Positions 27,371-38,700 of a stretch of DNA of 64,000 bases are shown here, piece by piece. The notes under the pieces are model-generated. The model did not search any database. It worked only from the letters and a program-made list of their open reading frames with translations, and was not told the DNA's origin. This DNA is from Setoptus koraiensis. Its lineage: Eukaryota > Animalia > Arthropoda. Numbering within the stretch: the stretch's first letter is position 1; each line of letters starts with the position of its first letter. The stretch is from contig CM106586.1 of assembly GCA_048013815.1 (NCBI GenBank), positions 3,658,001 through 3,722,000 of the forward strand, read 5' to 3'. Made by a program: the position numbers and the translations under genes.

Positions 27371-27440
27371 GTAACATTGCATTAGGTAACATTGCATTAG
27401 GTAATATTGCATTAGGTAATATTGCATTAGGTAATATTGC
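27371..27440. repeat. Tandem repeat, 15-bp unit gtaa(c/t)attgcattag, about 4.7 copies
   Basis: Read directly. Confidence 0.9.
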
Positions 27441-29117
27441 GTAATATTACGTTATATCACCGTGATACAATGTTTGCAGGCAACTTTTTCCAGTTCAACA
27501 GCCAAACGTGGCAACAGATAAAAATTTCAGTTGCGTTAGTGGTGCCATTGCACACAATTGCCAGCAGCCCATCGATTTCTGGCAAACAATTTATCGCGCC
27601 CAATATCGGCGGCGGCTATCGCGCTTGTCGGAGCTCGTTGGCACGGGGTGAGCCGCATCGGGCCCAAATGAGGCCCGGCTTACAAGCAAGCGAACGCCGC
27701 TCGTTATTGATTCGTCCAAAGAATGAGCGTGCCTCTGTGCAACTCGTGCACGAGGCCCCCCGGTTATTGTTCGCCCCCGTCATGACGCTCGTAACGAGCC
27801 CCCCCTTCCCCCTTGGCGCCCTTTCAGCACTTTGGCACGCGGGAAAATCTTTTTATTTTAATTCCTATTACGCCTAATACGCGCTGTGTGTGTGTGTGCT
27901 GAATACTCCACACTGGCCCTCTACGGTGCGGTGTCAGAAATAAATGATGGGCCGCCTATAAAATAGATTCGCATTTGAAAATTGCCAACTGCTCGCCGGC
28001 AACTCAAACAGTAGTACCTGAACAGGGCTTGTTGTGCACGAGCACCGCGGCCCGATTGCCCGACGGTGGCCCGCGCAGCCCGACGACGGCCCGATAACAA
28101 CGTGAAGCCAACAATAACTGCTCAACAATCTGACCTGGACAGGCCGAGAGGGGTCGCAAACCGCGGGGGCCGGCCCATCATTGAGGGCCAGCACAGAGCC
28201 GATGATGGCCAGCAATCATTATGGGACCCCTTTTGCAGCGACAATGGCAGCTGTAACTGTGAGTGGGGCCGGTTGAGTGTGCTCAAGATGTTGCTGCTGC
28301 ACACTGTTGTTTGTTGCCCGTTTCCGATGATATTTCTTGGACGGTGATCAATCATTATTACATGCAGTAGAGCAGATACACACATGCAACAACATCGCAG
28401 CGACAACGACGCAACGGCATAGTTAACGGACTATGGAGACGACAACCACCAGCCCAAACGACAACAGACGCATGGCCAAGTTGTGAGTGACGTAACAGAA
28501 GAAGCGAGCGACAGAAACAAGCAAACAAACAATTTCATTTATTTTGTTTGTTGTGTCATCATCGTGTCGTTATTTGTTATCTGTTATGTTGTTGTTGTTG
28601 TTGTCGTTGTTGTCGTTGTTGGTTGGTTGCTGCTGTTGTGCATTGTCGGTATGGATATTTGAAACTAGACTCGATCGGACATAGATGTAACAAGCGACGA
28701 CACGACAGACGTTGTCTAGACTAGGCTATCATAGAGACCACGATGACGATCGATTGGCTATTTGAATTGTCACACACACACACACACACACACACGCGCG
28801 CGAGCGACATCAGCCAATGTCACCGGGCCCCTAATCCAAAGTCTAAAATACAGCCACGTTTCGTTGTGACTAACGAACGCTGGCTGTCATTTTTGCGTTT
28901 GTCGTGTGGGGCATCCTTGTCACTAGCTCGCGTATGAGCCATGTGATTTCGATTGAGCCACACTATTACATAACATTTGGCACTTGCCTGGTGAGCCGAT
29001 CGCCATCACGGGCACAGCAGCAGTTTAGTGGCTGATCCCATTAGGCGTGACTCATTGCCAAGCTGTGTCGCTACAGTTTCATTCTATGGCCCCATAGGAT
29101 CCATGCGAACATTCGTT

Positions 29118-29200
29118 CATTTCGGCTCATTTCGGCCCATTTTGGCCCATTTTGGCCCATTTTGGCTCATTTCGGCTCATATTGGCTCATATTGGCCCAC
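29118..29200. repeat. Tandem repeat, about 10-bp unit ttt(c/t)ggc(t/c)cat, about 8 copies
   Basis: Read directly. Confidence 0.85.
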
Positions 29201-32200
29201 TTTAATCCGTATTGCGCCTAGTTGCTGTTCTGCCAGTCGCTCGGGCGCCAATCTGGGGCCCAAACCGTTGGGCCCAAAATGACTCTGGGGCGCCCTGGTT
29301 GTAGAATCCCAAAGGATAAGCCACACTAATGTCGGCCGCCACCTGGCAGCCTGGCCAGCGTGCCCTGATTGCCGGTGATCAACAACCAGCAGCAGCAGCA
29401 GTAGTTAGTTGCGTCGCTTAATTAACCCCACCCAAACGTTAGTCTGGTGCTCGTGCCGGGCACATCCGCTTGCAATTGACAACAGCGCAGTTGCATTGTC
29501 AGTCGCGAATATACAGTTGCGTATATGATAATATATATATGATGGTGATTAGCTTGATGACGAAACACTGAACCTGTCACTCTGTGGCTCCGTTACTCGG
29601 GGCCAGCACAATTGCGGCAACATAGCTTGGCGCTAGTTTGCACGCCCACGCAATGCTCATTGTCCGGTAGATGGCCGTTGGGGCCAACAGTATGAACAGT
29701 GGTTGTGTAAACGACACCACTGTTCATACACTGTGTTTGGCGTGTTGCTCGTGCAGCTCAATGGTGGTCAGGGGAGCCATGCTCAATTGAACAACAGTGC
29801 AAACAATAACAAACTCAATCTTATGTTTATTAATGTGCCTAGCTAGGCACCAAAATGGCCATTTTCTGGCTGACACCAACATTAAAGCTAGCCAACAGCT
29901 AGTTTCATAACTAACGGTTATATTCAACTAACGCTGTTTGCTATAGTTGTCATACCAATCATGTCTGTATACTGTATATAGTCTGCCTACTGCAAATTAA
30001 TGCAAACGCTCCTAAATTGTTGGCGACTCTCTGCGGCGACAACACAATTTATCGTTCACACTACCAAATCAAGTTGATGCGCCCCAAAAGGGCGCTGATA
30101 ATTATTCAGGCTGCGTATTGCGCTCACCAGCCCCAGCCAGCCAGCCTCAATCGAGGCTCCTGTTTATCGGTGTGTGTAGTGCACTGCCAAATAACTGTTT
30201 TATTATGTGTTCACAACGGCAACAACAGCCTCCATTGTGATGATTATGATGGAGCGGAAGAGGAGGGAAAAATGATTAAATGGTCACTCCGATGAGTGTG
30301 CCACCAAGCTCTCCTCACATACATGAGTCCGAGGCATACCAAGTGCCACCACGAGCATCCAGAACAAAAAAAGTCGGATGGAATTCATTATGAACGCCTT
30401 AATTATGACCAACGATCGGACCTCGCCAAAATAAATTCTAGTCGGAACTCAATCCGGTCAGCTCATTGCTGTTTCGATTAACTTATTGTTGACTCGTCAA
30501 AAAAAAACTACAGTATTATTACTCACAAGTTTGTTACCACTTATCTCGCTTGCCAGAGAAAAAAGCGATACGAGTGGCGCCATCTTGATGGTTGCATCGA
30601 GGAATCATTCCTCGAATCACAACTAACAACTTTGTTTGTAAACTACTCTTTGCAAACATCATTTGCTATCGGTCTGCACTTACAAGCTAAACCTCTTTAG
30701 TGGTGCACTCCGAACTATGACCCAACTATAGCTTTTTGGAACTCTCCAGACACTATTCTAGAATCCGCGTTTTTTGTAGTTTTCGCAATAGTATCATGAC
30801 TTTTTTATCCTTCGAAATGGCCAAACTATCGATGCTTATCCAGCAGCAGCATTGCTGAATCGGATAACTTGAAAATGGGGTGGATATTTCGATTTTCAAC
30901 AAATCATTTTGTTGTTGTTGGTTGGTTTGCTATTGCCCTCGGTGGGTGCGAGTTGCTAATGGTGCACGTTTCGCCCGAATTGTGACCACATAGAATATGT
31001 GGCCACTCGGAAACATCTACTGTATCATAAGAGTAATTTAATTCGAACGAAAGAGATGAATTTCGGTCGTATTTTGCCAGCCTAACATGATGCACATAAA
31101 ACCTACTCAAATTAAATTTAACTTGTTGCTGATCTAACCCGTACTGTTCAGCTATTGTTGTTTGTCGGCCTCGAGTTGACGATTCAATCGTCCTAATCTT
31201 CAAATTTAGACACGTTGCCATAGTCAAGATCAAGGCGTCGTTCTCCCTCGCTTGAGCTGAGAAAGATTCTAGATTCCTCTTAGGAAAATACACGTCCATT
31301 GAGCCGAAAAAGAATATGATGGATGCTCAAGCCACGCTTGATACCATCAAATATAGAAGGGGCATTATTATCAGGAGCAACAAAAAAGTTGGATAAGAGG
31401 AATTTCTTTATCGACGGCATTGCAATTTATCGCATCGGAGTGGCCAATTTTCTCCCAGATCTCAGGAGCGCCGTGAGAGGTTTGTCATTCATATCTTGGC
31501 GTTACATTTATTTGCTTTGCAGCGTCGGCTTTCCAATGTCGTTGTTGTCTGAGCTCGCGTATTAATAGAGCCCTCGGAATCCGCTTTTACGGTCACTGTA
31601 AACTTTAGCATGCTGTGTACGCTCCTAAACGATGAGCAAGAGAATCGCTGGAGAGAAATAGGAAAAATTCCGGAAACTTGGGGAAGCAGATCGCTGCCTT
31701 TCGAACCAAACTTGCTGATGGGCAACGGACAAGCTTATCCTTGCCACGAGCAGCGACAATTCAAAGATCCCCTAGTAACAAGAGTGGTGTCTAAAGAATA
31801 ATAATTGGTAGCCTGTGTCATCGGAAATCAAACGGAATGTGATTTTCTTCGAAATATGGTCCTTCTCACCACCGAGAATCGCTCATTGTCGGAGGTTGTC
31901 ATTGAGTCAACACTGGCTGTCGAGCACAACGCCTCGGAACGAACAATGGAATTTTTAATTTTGAGCTCAATGGTCTGTATGACCATTACACCACCTTACC
32001 TGTGCTTACTGTGTGGCATAATTGTTATTTTTAACACACAAGCACACAGGCACAGAGAGGGGGGCCTTTGTGCGCAGAAGCGCGCGCCAAATTCGAATCG
32101 ATTTCTTTTTGCAGACAATTTGTGTGTGGCAAAGTTGTGCGCATTCGAGGGGGTCTGAACACAATTGGTAGGTCCTCTGCGAAAATCATCATGTTCGGTG

Positions 32201-32414
32201 GTGTGCTGCATAAACAATTTGCACCGTCTAACTTGACCGAGCTGCTTTTTATCACCATTATTATTATTATTATTTAAATATATTATTATTATTACCGATA
32301 TTATTATATTATCCAATTATTGTAACTTTAATTATTGTCTCATTATCATCGTTTTAAATATTTTTAATTATTTTCATAATTCATTATTATTCACACACCC
32401 ACACGCAACATATC

Positions 32415-34370
32415 ATGACTAGCAGATTGGGCCTCACAAACAAATCGGTTCCAGCTGGACAAAAGAAGACAGTGGGCGCCGACGAGGACATGTTCTTGCA
32501 AGCCTTTGAGGACACGCCAAGACTCGACATCAATACGCCTAAAGATTTGGAATGTGAATTCATTCGTACCGTGGCCATCATATCCACTGTTAGTGCCGAT
32601 TGGGATAAACGCGTCGATGCTATTAAACGTTTCAGATCTCTATTAAACTGTGGTATAGCCGATTGTGATGACTTCTTTCCAACGTTGAGAACACTTGAGA
32701 TACCATTTCAGAATAACATCTCAGATTTACGCTCACAAGTAGTAAGAGAGACATGTATAACGCTGGCATTTTTATCCTGTAGATTACAACAAAAATTTTC
32801 ACGCATGGCCGAAGTGTTATTTCCATCACTTGTTAAACTTATACCAAATAGTGCCAAGATTATGTCGACATCGGCCACTGTTGCCATTAGATTTATCATA
32901 CAATCAACGCACAATTCACGCTTGATACCTATTATCAGATATCAATTATCAAATTCGAAATCCAAAGAAATACATCGTGCTTTATGTGAATTCGTTGAGC
33001 GCATCGTGCACACTTGGCCGAGCAACACACTTGAGAGGCACCTCAACGATCTTAAAGAAGTTATCAGATTGGGTATTTGCGATTCGGACGAACAAGCACG
33101 CATTTTTGCACGCAGGGCCTTCAATGGATTTGCGGATTTATTCCGTGAACAGGCCGAACAGCTTTATAACTCATTAGATCTACAACGACAACGAATGCTA
33201 AATAGTGAAAATAACTTAACATCCATGTCCAACCATGGTAGCACCAATTCAGTCAACAACCATAATTCAATGTCATCTTCATCATATCAACAGCAGGTGT
33301 TGCGCAAACCACGTGCCCCAGCAGTATCTCACCAGCAGCCATCATCATTAGCGCTCGGTTCTGTTGAGAATTTATATGGCTTTACGTCGCGTCTACAAAA
33401 GATAAGTCAATCTCGAGTAGCAACAGCGGCATCGTCAATGAACCCACCTCAAAGCCCATATAGCCAGACAGTCATAAATGAAAGTAGACGAGTGGCGGCC
33501 GCCAACGCCAGATCAACAAGCGCCATAGATGTTGCCGCTCAAAGGAGGGCTAAAGTCAGAGCCAACAATCTCAGCAGCATGTATAATAGACCCGTTGCTC
33601 CATCAAGAATTTCGCCCCCTGGTCAATACGCTCAACAGACAGCTGTTTCAAATAATGCTCAAAATAACCATGTTAGTCATCAACCAACTAGCCTTATTAT
33701 GACTTCGCCTACGAATACAGCTGCAGCGGTTGCAAATGTCTTAGCCAGTCCAGGCGTCACAGTTCGCTCGTCACGCTGTCGTATATCTCAATCTCAGCCA
33801 GGCAGTAGATCAACGTCCCCATCTTCAAGATATAGTTACATAACAAACTCTGGACACAGGCGCCGATCTGGTATACCTGTTTCAACTAGTCGAAGTACTA
33901 GTCCCGCCAAAGGTTCATTGCGAGACTCGTCGGAATCAAATTTAGGCGGTGACAACATACAACAAGATGGGGCTGCATCTATTTTGTCTGCACAAAAGGC
34001 CACTCAATATTTAAAATCTTTGATCAATGGCACCAACAACAATGCTAACACCAATAACAATGGTAGCACAGAGGCGGCAATTAAATTCTTGACCAAATTG
34101 ATTGAGCATCAACCTGCGGGCGTTGTATGCAGTCTCTTGGATGATATAATGCCTTCTCTCATAACAGCATATGATAATCCTGAAGCTTCTGTGCGTAAAG
34201 AAGCAGTTTTTGCCATGGTTGCAATCTACAGCAAAGTAGGTGGTGAAAAAATGGAGTCTCATTTGTCGAATCTAAGTTTTAGCAAAAGAAAATTGTTATT
34301 TGTTTATATTGACAAGAAAAATATTCCCCGACCAAGCGCGCCTGTGCAAGAACGAGGCGACATTTCATGA
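32415..34370 (+). CDS. CLASP: CLASP (CLIP-associating protein, Orbit/MAST/chb ortholog), shortened to 651 aa, single ORF
   Basis: TOG2-like region (GADEDMFLQAFED...DWDKRVDAIKRFRSL...DLRSQVVRETCITLAFLS...KLIPNSAKIM...DSDEQARIFARRAF), Ser/Arg-rich middle (SQSQPGSRSTSPS, RRSGIPVSTSRSTSP), C-terminal domain (AAIKFLTKL...YDNPEASVRKEAVFAMVAIY...KRKLLFVYI). Confidence 0.9.
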   Translation: MTSRLGLTNKSVPAGQKKTVGADEDMFLQAFEDTPRLDINTPKDLECEFIRTVAIISTVSADWDKRVDAIKRFRSLLNCGIADCDDFFPTLRTLEIPFQNNISDLRSQVVRETCITLAFLSCRLQQKFSRMAEVLFPSLVKLIPNSAKIMSTSATVAIRFIIQSTHNSRLIPIIRYQLSNSKSKEIHRALCEFVERIVHTWPSNTLERHLNDLKEVIRLGICDSDEQARIFARRAFNGFADLFREQAEQLYNSLDLQRQRMLNSENNLTSMSNHGSTNSVNNHNSMSSSSYQQQVLRKPRAPAVSHQQPSSLALGSVENLYGFTSRLQKISQSRVATAASSMNPPQSPYSQTVINESRRVAAANARSTSAIDVAAQRRAKVRANNLSSMYNRPVAPSRISPPGQYAQQTAVSNNAQNNHVSHQPTSLIMTSPTNTAAAVANVLASPGVTVRSSRCRISQSQPGSRSTSPSSRYSYITNSGHRRRSGIPVSTSRSTSPAKGSLRDSSESNLGGDNIQQDGAASILSAQKATQYLKSLINGTNNNANTNNNGSTEAAIKFLTKLIEHQPAGVVCSLLDDIMPSLITAYDNPEASVRKEAVFAMVAIYSKVGGEKMESHLSNLSFSKRKLLFVYIDKKNIPRPSAPVQERGDIS

Positions 34371-35752
34371 GACATTTGTGAGACGCAACTAGAGAAATTA
34401 ATGTATGTAATTCTCTAGAAAAAGACCACTCCAAGAAATCTACATTCCAAATATCATTGGTATGCTCGGCTATTAAAATGTCGACTATTGGCTTTTCAAC
34501 TTTAATTATTAGCGATTGCACGTCAAAAGTTCTACTGAATAAAGAAATGAGCACCAGACAATGACCACCCTTTGTGAGGTTGTCGATCAAATTTTGTCCA
34601 ATAAAAAACCATTTGATCAAACAGTGAGTAGAGTTAGACATTCAATGTTAAAAGAAAAGATTTCCTGTATCACAGACTGTACAGTTTCAGTTGTCGAGCT
34701 AACGATTAACTTATGCGCGCGACATCTTTCAACAATTCAAGAGTTGAAGTGCTGAAGTGCTGATGCGAGACTCTGATAAAAGTCACTGACTAACTTATTA
34801 TTTTGATAACAATTAAGGCGTAAGAAGGAATCTTCATATATTTCGGAAGAAGCCATGTAAAATATTTTTGTCCTTTTCGAGAACCAAAAAATATTTTTAG
34901 AATAAAACGCTTTTATATGGTTTCGATCGGCAATCGATATTATTATCACTCGACCAAGCATGATGATGATTTATCGACAACAATTAAGTGGATTGTGATG
35001 CCATCACGTTGGAATTGTCAGATATTAAATAGAGAATGAAGGAAATTCATGATAAATTGTTATCTTGTTTCTGTGACATTAAAGTCTGTCTAGTTTTTAT
35101 TAAAAAACAACAAAAAACAAAACCAATCGCTCTTTGTTAGATAGAACGATTGGTTAGAAAGTGGGGGCAACAGATAGGCGGGACAAGGCAAGGCGAAATA
35201 AGCCATTAAGATGGGACGAGATTGACGTTTTAAATATGACCTAAATTACAATAGGAGGGGTGCCGATTGTGGAAAACTGTAAGCCATGAGCTTTCTTACA
35301 GTAATACACGCTTACTAATTAATGTTGCTGTTGTTTTTGTTTGTTGCTAATCTAGTAGTTAGTTGCTGCTGTTAGTCATGGTTCGATAATGAATGTATTT
35401 ATCATCCATTCAATGGTTTGCAAAATACTTTTGTTGCTCAATGAAACAAATTTAAATACCCATACACCTGTTACTTCGCTAGCGCCAAATTGAGAGAGGC
35501 AGATCTCACCACTAAACGGCTTATCCAGTTCTCCATCAAGTCCTCTGGTCTTGATACCACACGCTAGAACATTACAATCTGATGTGAATTTGTGCTCGTA
35601 GAAAGAACAAAAAAAAACTATGAAAGTAACGGTGTGGTAAGTATGTAAATGAATTAATATTGTCAGTATTGGCGAAGAACAAAAAACCTAGATAACCAGT
35701 GCACAGGTATTATTTCGTGAGACGATAGACGCATAATTGTAAGATAGAAGGG

Positions 35753-35784
<32 letters not shown>

Positions 35785-38700
35785 TAGAGGGTAGGAATTA
35801 GATGAGATCTGGCGAGATTAAGCGAGCAAGATAGATGTTTGCTTGATTCTCTGTTGATATGTTAATTATCATCCGTGTGACTAGGGTAACTCATATTCTC
35901 AATCTACTCAAATCATAAGTTGCCATGAGCACGTGTTGAGTCTCAACCTGTTGTTGTTGTGTGCACTGATCAAAATCATGAATTGCCAAGGATTGAAGAG
36001 CCTTGATTATTGGTATCTGATTTTGATTTGATCTTAATCTATCATTAATGAGTGCGATATAATGGAAAGAATAATTTGTAAGAGAGAGAGAGAGAGAGAA
36101 TAACCCGATAATCACACAGACATGTTAGAACATATTAGCATAGGGCGTAAAAATCAACAACTTTCAACAGTGGTGACATCACCCGTTACATTATTACTAT
36201 TATTTTAGTTAGTTATATTTATGCCTTGGCTAGCTCAAATAATAAACATGAACTTTATTCATAGTCTCACTAACCGTTAGTAACTTGTAAGGTTACGCTC
36301 GTTGTTGGTGTCTTCTGTCTGTCTACAATGTCTATAATAATCGATACTACAGATACTACAGAAAGACGGATTTAGATTTTACTCGACAGTGTCGAGTCGA
36401 CACGGGTCCCAAAGCAAACACATGCCCAGAAATGTTTATGAGAGTGCCAGAATTGTTACTTGCTTCTGAGCTCTCTGTCAATGGCATGGAAAGAGCAGAT
36501 AAACAAAAAGTCGTTTGTGCACGTACTAGTATAAGAGTGACTTGATAATCATGATTAGGACAAACAGATTGAATTGAGCAGATGTTAGATGATGCAACAA
36601 GTCATACAAATCGTTCTAAAATGTGTTTACTTTTCTAATTTTAACCATTTTTGTCAAGACTCACACTATCCTATCTGACTGCCTAATGTAGTAACATGCA
36701 GTATTAGTTGTTGTAGTATCAATTCAACAGCAACTACAACAACAACAATGAATATATGAATGAAATCAAAGCCTCCTTGCAAATAAACGAAGCTCACCTG
36801 TCATGCATTCCAAAATCACCTGTCACTTATCTCGGTCGATGTAAGAAAGCGAGAGAGAAATGCGAAACAATTCGCTTGCTCTTCAAATAACTGTTGTTTG
36901 CTATTGAAAAAGGGAATCTGTCAGAGTGCAAACAAAGGAAGCTCGTGATTGTTATTATTATTAGGTAGTTGTTGTTATTGATTGCCGTGATTCAAATGAA
37001 CTTTCTCTTACTAACAAGACTGCTTAGATTATCTCATCTCGAGCTTTGAGTTGTGTGCTTCTTGTGTGAGTGTATCCATAAATTAATTGTTATCTAATGT
37101 TGATTAACATCAGCAACAATTTCGCCTGTCGCACCTCTACTAACAGCCGGCGTGAACAGAATCAGCAGCAAAAAAATGATGTTTCGCAACAAATGATGAT
37201 GGTGATGACGGCATCAATCTGAGTTGTTTGAACCGAAAGGGTCAAGAGCTCAAAATAAATAAACCTTTGTTGATTGTTTCGGATAGCGAGGGTACCAAAA
37301 AAGAATCCACTTCGGGCAGCAGCCAACGTCGCATAGCAACATTCGAAGGGCACACAAAGTGCGACAATATTCAAGGTAAGGTCTCCCAATCTTTTCCCTT
37401 TTTTTGGTATACAGAGCGATACAGATCAATATTGTAAGGTATAATGTTGCCGACATTGATTTGCTCTTAATGAGCCCGTGAGTATTGTTGGGATAAGTTG
37501 GATTAATTTGCCTATAATAGTTTGTGTCGCTGACAAAAAGACCTTTCATTTCATAGCTAGGGGCTAATTTTCAATGTAACTAGTTAATCTGTGAAAAATT
37601 ATTATTGAGATAAACAACTACAGCGAAAATCGAAGCAACATTTGTTTTTATTTTTTTTTATAAGACAAATTGTTGGCACGTATGAAAACAACAAATTTCA
37701 GTTCTAATTGAAAAGAGATTGTCGGTCAATGTCGATGCCTAATTAACTAGCAACGGCACCGCCGCCGCCGCCGCTACGTAATTAATACAATGGATTACGT
37801 GGTGGATTGCACCCACCGTCTGAGAAGGTGAGTAATATCGCCCTCAGCACATATAAAAGCGAAGGGAAAGGTGATAAAGTCTAAAAATATCTTGTTCCCC
37901 TATTAGACAAACTTGTAGGCCCATAACTGCATCCCTCTATCGATTAATAATCACTTTCATTCTTTTGGTAGACTTTCGCCTTCGATTCACCCTTCGGATT
38001 GTTTGCTGTTTTTTCTTGGCCAGCATCACCTGTCGCTGTTGTTGTTGTTGCTACAATAACAATTAGTTGGCAGTTTATTCCGCCTTCTCACGCTTGTTGT
38101 TGTCGAACATTGTTGTTTGTAGGTTTCGCAGAAGAAGGAAACCTGATACATGTTACTAATAAGATTTACTGGTAACACTGTCGATAAGGACTGTTTATTA
38201 GACTGTAACAACAAAACAATTCTTGCAACAAGTTGTTGTTTTGGGCCGAATCATTGGTCAAAGGATAATTAATCATAATCATTCACTAGTCGATCTCACT
38301 CACTTATCTAATCCCCATCTACATATGAATGATGATGGTGGCACCGCTTAGCGAGATTTATTGCAGACAAGTGTTTGTTTGTAACCCACAACGCACACAC
38401 ACACACACACTCAGGTGAGTGAGCCTTTTTTTAGCCTTTTGCAGCCCTTTTAAACTGCAAATTGCTCAGCAAATAACGGCACCCTTTTGCTTTAAATCCA
38501 ATCTGTAGGTTTATCCAGTTAGCCGGCTAGCCAGGTAAATCATGGGCCGACGCTGTTGCTGAAACATTTGTATTTGTATCGATTAGTAGTGGTGGCAAAT
38601 ACCAAATGGGTTGCTCAGTCAATATAAATAATATAACACAAACAAGATGAATAGTGGTGGCGGTTAAGTTGATAAGTTATAAATCAACTTATCTCTGTTG

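Noticed and set aside
28026-28350. Possible plus-strand exon (AG at about 28025, gtgagt at 28259)
   Set aside because: No recognisable product and no partner exons found; splice-like motifs of this strength occur by chance.
724-29200. Tandem arrays as CRISPR arrays
   Set aside because: Units are head-to-tail without unique spacers, no cas genes are present, and the DNA is eukaryotic.
34371-35000. Additional CLASP exons or a downstream gene
   Set aside because: The CLASP C-terminal motif is complete before the stop at 34370; downstream frames are short with no recognisable motif.
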